64,000 nucleotides of DNA from Antedon mediterranea (taxonomy: Eukaryota > Animalia > Echinodermata), in assembly GCF_964355755.1 (NCBI RefSeq), contig NC_092676.1, forward strand, positions 29,778,871 through 29,842,870, given 5' to 3'. Positions within the stretch are counted from its first letter, which is position 1. Every line of letters starts with the position of its first letter. The position numbers were made by a program, and so were the translations under genes. The notes below the pieces were generated by a model. That model was not told the origin of the DNA, did no database searches, and was given only the letters and a program-made list of their open reading frames with translations. Shown here piece by piece: positions 40,201-52,200 of this stretch.

Positions 40201-43200
40201 TCTATGGTATAAAAGGTTGAATTATTTTACTTGCACTATAAGAATTACATAAAATGATTGATGTAAATGCCTCAAAAATATATTTATTTGAAATTATAAA
40301 CATCGCAAGCAAGGAACTAATACTGCATAAGTACATACTAAAATGATTCAATTAAGTTTGTTTCTTAAAGTGGTTGATCCAACTTCTGAATTCAAAAGAA
40401 CAAACAAAATTATGAAACATTATAAAAAGAATACTGAACATACTTTAGCTTCAACTGCTTCAGCCTCCAATTGAGCAATCCTACCAGCCCCAAGCACAGC
40501 TGTTGCTCCAGCCCTGATGTCATGCTGTGCTCTGTCACTGGTGATGATTCCCTTGTGTCTTAGGGCTAGCTCTTTTCTCTCCAATTCCTCTCTGTAAAAA
40601 ATAACATACATTTTAAATGGCAAATAAACATCAACAAAAAAAATCATGAAAAGGCCAACTATAATTTACTGTAGATTGTGCTGAAGTTAAACTAGAAAAC
40701 ATCTTAAATTTATAAAAGAATGAACAGAAAAATACCTGAGGTTGCCAATGTCTGTGTTAAGTTTCTGATTCTCTTTAAACAATCTCTCTTCTGTATCTTT
40801 TGTAATAGCCTGGTATCTCTTCACTTCACTATATAAACGTTCATTCTCCTACAGGAGATAGAAATCAATTATAATCATTGTACTGCACCCTGTAACATTC
40901 CTAATTAATGTCTTATTTGATAAATATTTGAAACTTTAGTGCAACAAACATAGAGTTAAGCTCTGACTACACTATCAAACTTTGTGTAACAAAATGATGT
41001 GCCCATATATGGACACGATGATATCATATCACTACCATATTTGTGCACATCACATTTTTTTTGTCAAACTAGCTTGAAAGTGTAGAGAGAACTTGACTAT
41101 ACTATCAAACTTTATGTGATGGATGTGATGTGCCCATATATGGACACAATGTCATATTACTGCTATATTTGGGCACATCAAATTTTTTTTGTCAAACTAG
41201 TTTGATAGTGTAGACAGAGCTTCAGTGTATATTTACCTGTTGATAGCCTTGTAGTAATGTTTCCTGTTCTATAACCTCTTTATGCAACATTTTAATTTCT
41301 TCTTTATTATTCTCATCCACTGACCTCCCTGACATTAATCGTTTTTTTGCCAGATTTTGGTCTTCTTCACTGTTGATCTACATGGCAAGAATATAAACAA
41401 GATTTTAAAAAGTTGATTTTTGAAATTGAAGTAAAAATCTTTCATGTCATGCCATACAATACTCATTAGGAGTTCTAACTTGGTAATCCTAAGTCCTTAC
41501 AAGTCATCTTACAAGAAATCCTACAATCCATAAATCTTTTAAACAGATTAAATGTCTTAAAAATGGTTTTATTGGTAGTAATTCAAACTTTTCTTTTGCT
41601 TTAAGGAATCTCGAGTTAGAGATTTGTTGTAATGATGTATTTTAATTTTATTAAAGATGCTCTCTGAATATCAGTTACCTCACTCTTTAAAGATGTTTAA
41701 AATACAATTTTATTTTTAAAATAGATAAATTTAGCGACAATTTTTGTATATTTTATAAAATTATTAGAACTTTTCATGTATTCCCTTTTTTTAATGTTTC
41801 TTGCATGTATTCCCTTTTTTTAATGTTTCTTGCATGTATTCCCTTTTTTTAATGTTTCTTGCATGTATTCCCTTTTTTTAATGTTTCTTGCATGTATTCC
41901 CTTTTTTTAATGTTTCTTGCATGTATTCCCTTTTTTTAATGTTTCTTGCATGTATTCCCTTTTTTTAATGTTTCTTGCATATATTCCCTTTTTTTAATGT
42001 TTCTTGCATGTATTCCCTTTTTTTAATGTTTCTTGCATGTATTCCCTTTTTTTAATGTTTCTTGCATGTATTCCCTTTTTTTAATGTTTCTTGCATGTAT
42101 TCCCTTTTTTTAATGTTTCTTGCATGTATTCCCTTTTTTTAATGTTTCTTGCATGTATTCCCTTTTTTTAATGTTTCTTGCATGTATTCCCTTTTTTTAA
42201 TGTTTCTTGCATGTATTCCCTTTTTTTAATGTTTCTTGCATGTATTCCCTTTTTTTAATGTTTCTTGCATGTATTCCCTTTTTTTAATGTTTCTTGCATG
42301 TATTCCCTTTTTTTAATGTTTCTTGCATGTATTCCCTTTTTTTAATGTTTCTTGCATGTATTCCCTTTTTTTAATGTTTCTTGCATATATTCCCTTTTTT
42401 TAATGTTTCTTGCATGTATTCCCTTTTTTTAATGTTTCTTGCATGTATTCCCTTTTTTTAATGTTTCTTGCATGTATTCCCTTTTTTTAATGTTTCTTGC
42501 ATGTATTCCCTTTTTTTAATGTTTCTTGCATGTATTCCCTTTTTTTAATGTTTCTTGCATATATTCCCTTTTTTTAATGTTTCTTACATATATTCCCTTT
42601 TTTTAATGTTTCTTGCATGTATTCCCTTTTTTTAATGTTTCTTGCATGTATTCCCTTTTTTTAATGTTTCTTGTATGTATTCCCTTTTTTTAATGTTTCT
42701 TGCATGTATTCCCTTTTTTTAATGTTTCTTGCATGTATTCCCTTTTTTTAATGTTTCTTGCATATATTCCCTTTTTTTAATGTTTCTTGCATGTATTCCC
42801 TTTTTTTAATGTTTCTTGCATGTATTCCCTTTTTTTAATGTTTCTTGCATGTATTCCCTTTTTTTAATGTTTCTTGCATGTATTCCCTTTTTTTAATGTT
42901 TCTTGCATGTATTCCCTTTTTTTAATGTTTCTTGCATGTATTCCCTTTTTTTAATGTTTCTTGCATGTATTCCCTTTTTTTAATGTTTCTTGCATATATT
43001 CCCTTTTTTTAATGTTTCTTGCATATATTCCCTTTTTTTAATGTTTCTTGCATGTATTCCCTTTTTTTAATGTTTCTTGCATGTATTCCCTTTTTTTAAT
43101 GTTTCTTGCATGTATTCCCTTTTTTTAATGTTTCTTGCATATATTCCCTTTTTTTAATGTTTCTTGCATGTATTCCCTTTTTTTAATGTTTCTTGCATAT

Positions 43201-46200
43201 ATTCCCTTTTTTTAATGTTTCTTGCATGTATTCCCTTTTTTTAATGTTTCTTGCATGTATTCCCTTTTTTTAATGTTTCTTGCATGTATTCCCTTTTTTT
43301 AATGTTTCTTGCATGTATTCCCTTTTTTTAATGTTTCTTGCATGTATTCCCTTTTTTTAATGTTTCTTGCATGTATTCCCTTTTTTTAATGTTTCTTGCA
43401 TGTATTCCCTTTTTTTAATGTTTCTTGCATATATTCCCTTTTTTTAATGTTTCTTGCATGTATTCCCTTTTTTTAATGTTTCTTGCATATATTCCCTTTT
43501 TTTAATGTTTCTTACATATATTCCCTTTTTTTAATGTTTCTTGCATGTATTCCCTTTTTTTAATGTTTCTTGCATGTATTCCCTTTTTTTAATGTTTCTT
43601 GCATGTATTCCCTTTTTTTAATGTTTCTTGTATGTATTCCCTTTTTTAAATGTTTCTTGCATGTATTCCCTTTTTTTAATGTTTCTTGCATGTATTCCCT
43701 TTTTTTAATGTTTCTTGCATGTATTCCCTTTTTTTAATGTTTCTTGCATATATTCCCTTTTTTTAATGTTTCTTGCATGTATTCCCTTTTTTTAATGTTT
43801 CTTGCATGTATTCCCTTTTTTTAATGTTTCTTGCATGTATTCCCTTTTTTTAATGTTTCTTGCATGTATTCCCTTTTTTTAATGTTTCTTGCATGTATTC
43901 CCTTTTTTTAATGTTTCTTGCATGTATTCCCTTTTTTTAATGTTTCTTACATGTATTCCCTTTTTTTAATGTTTCTTGCATGTATTCCCTTTTTTTAATG
44001 TTTCTTGTATGTATTCCCTTTTTTTAATGTTTCTTGCATATATTCCCTTTTTTTAATGTTTCTTGCATGTATTCCCTTTTTTTAATGTTTCTTGTATGTA
44101 TTCCCTTTTTTTAATGTTTCTTGCATGTATTCCCTTTTTTTAATGTTTCTTGCATGTATTCCCTTTTTTTAATGTTTCTTGCATGTATTCCCTTTTTTTA
44201 ATGTTTCTTGCATATATTCCCTTTTTTTAATGTTTCTTGCATGTATTCCCTTTTTTTAATGTTTCTTGCATATATTCCCTTTTTTTAATGTTTCTTGCAT
44301 GTATTCCCTTTTTTTAATGTTTCTTGCATGTATTCCCTTTTTTTAATGTTTCTTGCATATATTCCCTTTTTTTAATGTTTCTTGCATGTATTCCCTTTTT
44401 TTAATGTTTCTTGCATGTATTCCCTTTTTTTAATGTTTCTTGCATATATTCCCTTTTTTTAATGTTTCTTGCATGTATTCCCTTTTTTTAATGTTTCTTG
44501 CATATATTCCCTTTTTTTTAATGTTTCTTGCATATATTCCCTTTTTTTAATGTTTCTTGCATATATTCCCTTTTTTTAATGTTTCTTGCATATATTCCCT
44601 TTTTTTAATGTTTCTTGCATGTATTCCCTTTTTTTAATGTTTCTTGCATGTATTCCCTTTTTTTAATGTTTCTTGCATGTATTCCCTTTTTTTAATGTTT
44701 CTTGCATGTATTCCCTTTTTTTAATGTTTCTTGCATGTATTCCCTTTTTTTAATGTTTCTTGCATGTATTCCCTTTTTTTAATGTTTCTTGCATGTATTC
44801 CCTTTTTTTAATGTTTCTTGCATATATTCCCTTTTTTTAATGTTTCTTACATATATTCCCTTTTTTTAATGTTTCTTGCATGTATTCCCTTTTTTTAATG
44901 TTTCTTGTATGTATTCCCTTTTTTTAATGTTTCTTGCATGTATTCCCTTTTTTAATGTTTCTTGCATATATTCCCTTTTTTTAATGTTTCTTGCATGTAT
45001 TCCCTTTTTTTAATGTTTCTTGCATGTATTCCCTTTTTTTAATGTTTCTTGCATATATTCCCTTTTTTAATGTTTCTTGCATATATTCCCTTTTTTTAAT
45101 GTTTCTTGCATGTATTCCCTTTTTTTAATGTTTCTTGCATGTATTCCCTTTTTTTAATGTTTCTTGCATGTATTCCCTTTTTTTAATGTTTCTTACATAT
45201 ATTCCCTTTTTTTAATGTTTCTTGCATGTATTCCCTTTTTTTAATGTTTCTTGTATGTATTCCCTTTTTTTAATGTTTCTTGCATGTATTCCCTTTTTTT
45301 AATGTTTCTTGTATGTATTCCCTTTTTTTAATGTTTCTTGTATGTATTCCCTTTTTTTAATGTTTCTTGCATGTGTTCCCTTTTTTTAATGTTTCTTGCA
45401 TGTATTCCCTTTTTTTAATGTTTCTTGCATGTATTCCCTTTTTTTAATGTTTCTTGCATGTATTCCCTTTTTTTAATGTTTCTTGCATGTATTCCCTTTT
45501 TTTAATGTTTCTTGCATGTATTCCCTTTTTTTAATGTTTCTTGCATGTATTCCCTTTTTTTAATGTTTCTTGCATGTATTCCCTTTTTTTAATGTTTCTT
45601 GCATGTATTCCCTTTTTTTAATGTTTCTTGCATGTATTCCCTTTTTTTAATGTTTCTTGCATATATTCCCTTTTTTTAATGTTTCTTGCATGTATTCCCT
45701 TTTTTTAATGTTTCTTGCATGTATTCCCTTTTTTTAATGTTTCTTGCATGTATTCCCTTTTTTTAATGTTTCTTGCATGTATTCCCTTTTTTTAATGTTT
45801 CTTGCATATATTCCCTTTTTTTAATGTTTCTTGCATGTATTCCCTTTTTTTAATGTTTCTTGCATGTATTCCCTTTTTTTAATGTTTCTTGCATATATTC
45901 CCTTTTTTTAATGTTTCTTGCATGTATTCCCTTTTTTTAATGTTTCTTGTATATATTCCCTTTTTTTAATGTTTCTTGCATATATTCCCTTTTTTTAATG
46001 TTTCTTGCATGTATTCCCTTTTTTTAATGTTTCTTGCATATATTCCCTTTTTTTAATGTTTCTTGCATGTATTCCCTTTTTTTAATGTTTCTTGCATATA
46101 TTCCCTTTTTTTAATGTTTCTTGCATGTATTCCCTTTTTTTAATGTTTCTTGCATGTATTCCCTTTTTTTAATGTTTCTTGCATATATTCCCTTTTTTTA

Positions 46201-49200
46201 ATGTTTCTTGCATGTATTCCCTTTTTTTAATGTTTCTTGTATGTATTCCCTATTTTTAATGTTTCTTGCATGTATTCCCTTTTTTTAATGTTTCTTGCAT
46301 GTATTCCCTTTTTTTAATGTTTCTTGCATGTATTCCCTTTTTTTAATGTTTCTTGCATGTATTCCCTTTTTTTAATGTTTCTTGCATATATTCCCTTTTT
46401 TTAATGTTTCTTGTATGTATTCCCTTTTTTTAATGTTTCTTGCATATATTCCCTTTTTTTAATGTTTCTTGCATGTATTCCCTTTTTTAAATGTTTCTTG
46501 CATGTATTCCCTTTTTTTAATGTTTCTTGCATGTATTCCCTTTTTTTAATGTTTCTTGCATATATTCCCTTTTTTTAATGTTTCTTGTATGTATTCCCTT
46601 TTTTAAATGTTTCTTGCATGTATTCCCTTTTTTTAATGTTTCTTGCATGTATTCCCTTTTTTAAATGTTTCTTGCATATATTCCCTTTTTTAATGTTTCT
46701 TGCATGTATTCCCTTTTTTTAATGTTTCTTGCATGTATTCCCTTTTTTTAATGTTTCTTGCATGTATTCCCTTTTTTTAATGTTTCTTGCATGTATTCCC
46801 TTTTTTTAATGTTTCTTGCATGTATTCCCTTTTTTTAATGTTTCTTGCATATATTCCCTTTTTTTAATGTTTCTTGCATGTATTCCCTTTTTTTAATGTT
46901 TCTTGCATATATTCCCTTTTTTTAATGTTTCTTGCATATATTCCCTTTTTTTAATGTTTCTTGCATATATTCCCTTTTTTTAATGTTTCTTGTATGTATT
47001 CCCTTTTTTTAATGTTTCTTGCATGTATTCCCTTTTTTTAATGTTTCTTGCATGTATTCCCTTTTTTTAATGTTTCTTGCATGTATTCCCTTTTTTTAAT
47101 GTTTCTTGCATATATTCCCTTTTTTTTAATGTTTCTTGCATGTATTCCCTTTTTTTAATGTTTCTTGCATATATTCCCTTTTTTTAATGTTTCTTGCATG
47201 TATTCCCTTTTTTTAATGTTTCTTGCATATATTCCCTTTTTTTAATGTTTCTTGCATGTATTCCCTTTTTTTAATGTTTCTTGCATGTATTCCCTTTTTT
47301 TAATGTTTCTTGCATGTATTCCCAACTTTAAACATTCCTAAAAAGAGCCAATATTAAATACCTTTGCTTGTAACACAAAATTATCTTGTTTTAACTTGAA
47401 CATTTCTTTCTCATGATGTAATTTTGTTTCTTCATTCTTTCTGTTGAATTCTCGTTCCTTTGATGCAATTTCTGCTTTTAATTTCCAGTTTTGTCGCTGC
47501 TCCTCCTTCCATCTCTGCTGCCATTCGGCCACTTCTGCAACAAGTGCCCTCTCTCGAGATATGATCTGAATCTTTGAATCCATTAAACTTGCCGATAAAT
47601 TTGGTTCATTGTTAGACCACTGAAAGTAAAATAATTATTATAGCTATAAAACATGAGAACACCTTTATCTATATAGATACAGATTGGTTACACTTATTAT
47701 GACTTTATCCTCACTTGTTTCACGGAATGGCAGATGGAACTGTTTAAATCTGCATGTGAACAAATGAATGAAGTACACCAAAGCTATTGCATATTACAAA
47801 ATTGATCTTACTTCTGGAGGTGGTGACTTCTTTCCACGACTGAAATGATCTTGAATGTAATGAGCGAATGATTGAACAGACTCCACCAAATTCTTGTCTC
47901 CTGCTCTTGTTCGACCACTTTTTGTACCAACCTCTGAACCTAATAATAATCATGGTTTTTTATTTTAATGACATCCAAAAATGAAAAAAACTAAATATCT
48001 GAACCTAAATAATGTTTTTTTAAGACAATTTTATTTAAATTTTGACTTCCAAAAAAGAGAAGAAAAAACTAAATATCTGGTAACTTTACTGACCTTTCAC
48101 CTTCTGCTTAGTGACTTGAGCAGGTGACCATGCGGTAGTTGATTTCAGCTTTGGTTGGCCATAGCCTGAACTCTTTACATTATCATATTTTCCTTTAGTA
48201 CCTAAATACAATTCAGTTTAAATGTCATTCTCTTTCAAAATATGTCTTGCTACACTGTACAACATACACTCAATTCAAGTTGCCTTGCTAGAAACTTTTA
48301 ACATAACGTCATGAAGTATTATTTCCCGAATGATTGTAAAATCAAAATGAAATAACTTTTTTTAAATAAAATTAGTCTTTACCTTTCTTATGTGGTTTGG
48401 ATGTTGATAGCAAGTTGTTAAAAGAGTCTTCATCATCAGCCTGCCATAAAAATACATAAATTTATTATTTTTTCTTAGAAATTCTTGCTAAGAGCCAAGG
48501 GGGAAAGATGCTAAATGTACACTACTTACACTTGCAGTTATTAATCTATCACTGCTAGGAACTTGAGAGGCTGGACGGAGACTAAATCCTGATTCATAGT
48601 CATCTCTGGTGGCTGGCTGGAGACTAAAACCTCTACCATCATTTTCATCCAGAGTGGCTGGTTGGAGACTAAACCCTCTGTCGTTTTCATCCAGAATGGC
48701 TGGTTGGAGACTAAACCCTCTGTTATTTTCATCCTGAGTGGCTGGTTGGAGACTAAAACCACTATTATCTGTGTTGGATGGTTGAAGACTGAATCCTCTG
48801 TTATCGTCTTCATCCAGAGTGGCTGGTTGGAGACTAAACCCTCTGTTATTTTCATCCTGAGTGGCTGGTTGGAGACTAAATGCACCATTGCTTGTGTCTC
48901 TCTCAGGAATTGATGGTAACCCAAATCCAGTGTCGTATTGCGTCTGATGACCCGTCTCATTCTGTGTTAAAAACAGACTATTCACATCATATCTGGTGCC
49001 AGCCTCATCATCACTAGAATTAAGAACTTGGTGGCGCTGTCTATCCTCTTGAACTTCACGAAGAATATCTTCCACAGTTCTTGAATGAGGATTTCTCAAA
49101 GAATCGTCTTCTTCGGTTTCTGACCCCTGACCTACGCTATCCCCACTAGCTTTCTTCAAAGCTGCATGTAAAGCTTCAATTTGTGTTCCTGTTCCTGCAT

Positions 49201-52200
49201 TTAGTAAATCTACAGAGAAAATATTACATTAATTAGCTGTTATGATATGATGATATACTGTACATTTTATCGCATTTTTTATGCTGGTTTTTAAAAGTAA
49301 AAAATCCCCCAGAAATACTGCATCTATTTTGAATGCATGTCTTGTTAATTGTTTAGTAAATCAAAATAAATCGATATACTATATTTTTAAATTTATCTAT
49401 TACCTTGTTTCAAAACATTACCTTCATCCTCAATTTCAGGTGAATTTTTTTTAGAATTTCCTGTACTCCTCTTGCCATCTTTCCCTCTAGTGCCACCTAA
49501 CTTATCAATTAGGGTTGATTCTCCTGTATCTAAAAGTGCAACTTTATGAAATAAAACAAAAGTAAGTTATCTTACAGTTTGACATATTATTACATAATAT
49601 TATAATAGGCAGACATTTTGAGTTTGAGTGAGATTGAGTGAGTTTGAGTGAGATTGAGTGAGTTTGAGTGAGTTCCAGTGAGTTTGAGTGAGTTTGAGTG
49701 AGTTTGAGTGAGTTCCAGTGAGTTTGAGTGAGTTCCAGTGAGTTTGAGTGAGTTCCAGTGAGTTTGAGTGAGTTTGAGTGAGTTTGAGTGAGTTTGAGTG
49801 AGTTCCAGTGAGCTTGAGTGAGTTCCAGTGAGTTCGGTTACGAAAGCTCTTCATTGGGAGCTTCAAACTACTGGGTACTGAAATGGTTCCACTGCTTTTT
49901 TAGAAACTTCATGACTTTTTATTTTGTGTTTTAAGTTTTGTAAATTTTATAATAATAATATTCCTTACCTTTTGAAAGCATACTTGGATTTTTCTAAAAA
50001 GAAAGATGATATAATAAATATAATAATTATAATGATGATAGGAACAAATGTAGTAATATGATGAAAGCCTGAAAAAGGTATGTAGCTGTCAAATAGATAC
50101 CAGATTTAAACGAATAGAAATCTATAAAAAATAATTACTTTTCTTTAGACCTAATGATTATACTGTGCAAGAGTGTTAATATTAGTATGCTTACTCCTTT
50201 ATTGCTTTTAACTTCTGGAGAAGATTCCTCAATACTAGAATTTGATGAATCCAATTTCTTTTTACTGTCTCTCTTTTGTGTCGTTAGATTGTTGCTTGCT
50301 TCTAACCTGCAAAATAACATTGAACTGTTTGTGTGATACCAAATGCAGGGCCTACCATGATAGGGTGAAAAGACAGCTAGCTCTCTAACAAATTGGGAAC
50401 CAATTTGATCTGATGCCTGGTAAATACTATTTTATTTAATCATATAGATAGCGCATAGTAGGCTTAGCCCCTAGCTCTTGATACTTTAACATACATAACT
50501 AAGTACACATATGCCCGTAGAGTACGCCCCATGCCTGATCGATAAAATTGACAACCACCCTTGACGTTCAACCTGCGACCTTATATATCAATCATTGAGT
50601 ACATACTTAGTTTGCTGTGCTGTCATATTAAGTGTCTTAGAGGAATCTGCCTCTGCATTCAATTTGCCAAAATCTATCGTCCTTCCTTTATTGTTCTCTT
50701 CCAGTTCTTTAAAGAACCGTTCCTTATCAGCAATTTCTGCTAACGTTTCTGCCCCAGGGCCGGTTGATGATAAGTGATCCTTCTCTGGTCCCTCAAAATC
50801 ATCTACAGTATATAAAAAAGTGCAATCTCAATCTTGCATTAAAAAGAATGATTTAATAACTAGCAATTTACAGTATAGTACAGTTGTACTCGTTTAACTT
50901 TGTATTTGTACAATTCTTTATGTATATGTACAGTATTGTGTATATTCCATATGTTTCTCTGTGGTATAATTGCTACCATTTTTTATTGTACTTTTATCCT
51001 CGATTTTATGCATTTCAGTTTTAGACAGTAGTTTATAAATGTAATTGTTTTAGATGTAATGCCCGATGAAACAGGAATAGATTTAAACATTTACAAGGGT
51101 CTATTATTACTTTTCGAACTCTGTACAAACAGAGTTTTTATTCTAGTCTACTTGAATTTATTTATTTATTGAAATTTAATACCTGTATGAGTAAGACTTT
51201 CATCTAAGCTTGACTTAGAAACCAACACATCACTATCGCAGAAAAAAAAACGAATTTAGCAATTTTAACCATCGATGCTTCTCTTAACATGTATATCATC
51301 AATATAGACAGATACTGTACCAAAATAGTACTAACCTTTTTTTAGTTTCAATAGCTGATTTATACGCTAAAAAGAAATTTACATTAAAACATTATAATAA
51401 CTATAATCATTTCAATATTTCCTTTTCAACTAGGGCATTCTAAAGATTATTTTATTAAGGTTGGTGTAAGGTGCCTGGGCGTAAGGTGCCTGGGCGTAAG
51501 GTGTCTGGCATAAGGTGCCTGGGCGTAAGGTGTCTGGCATAAGGTGCCTGGGTGTAAGGTGTCTGGCATAAGGTGCCTGGGCGTAAGGTGTCTGGCATAA
51601 GGTGCCTGGGCGTAAGGTGCCTGGGCGTAAGGTGTCTGGCATAGGGTGTCTGACGTAAGGTGCCTGGATGCAAGGTGCCTGGTGTAAGATGCCTGGGCGT
51701 TAGGTGCCTGGCATAAGGTGCCTAATGTAAAGTGTTTGGCGTAAGGTGTCCGCCGTATGGTGCCTGGATGTAAGGTGCCTGGTGTAAGATGCCTGGGCAT
51801 TAGGTGCCTGGCATAAGGTGTTTGGCGTAAGGTACCTGGTGTAAGATGACTGGGCGTTAGGTGCCTGGCATAAGGTGCCTGGCATGAATCAATTACGTCT
51901 TGACTAAACTGAGAACTTAACATACGTTCATCTAGACTGTCCCTACTCATAGCTACTTCTGCATCGCCTCCTGGTCTACTGCCTGTCTTCACAAACTTCT
52001 TTTGTTCACCCTGTAAAAATAAATAAAACAAAGCCTTGTGTATTAAATAGTTTGGTAGTCCTGCTTTTTAGAACTACTGCAAGTTTTATAATTCATAAAA
52101 TATATTTTACAATTGTTGTATGGTAAAAACAAACAAATATACACACATACTGTACATATACATTTAAAACAAATCATATCCAGTTCTAAAGCTCTATTTA

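Noticed and set aside
41775-47323. Array of Rbfox UGCAUG sites
   Set aside because: TGCATG is on the plus strand; the CEP162 pre-mRNA reads CAUGCA
48541-48960. Alternative-frame and antisense ORFs over the FSLQP repeat
   Set aside because: Shadows of the repeat in the true CEP162 exon
49600-49866. ORF with THSNSLKL repeats
   Set aside because: 10-bp intronic minisatellite
51430-51925. Repetitive ORFs (TPYAQAPYARHL, PGTLRPGTL)
   Set aside because: Intronic 14/15-bp minisatellite; exon 4 has a good donor at 51925 that keeps CEP162 in frame
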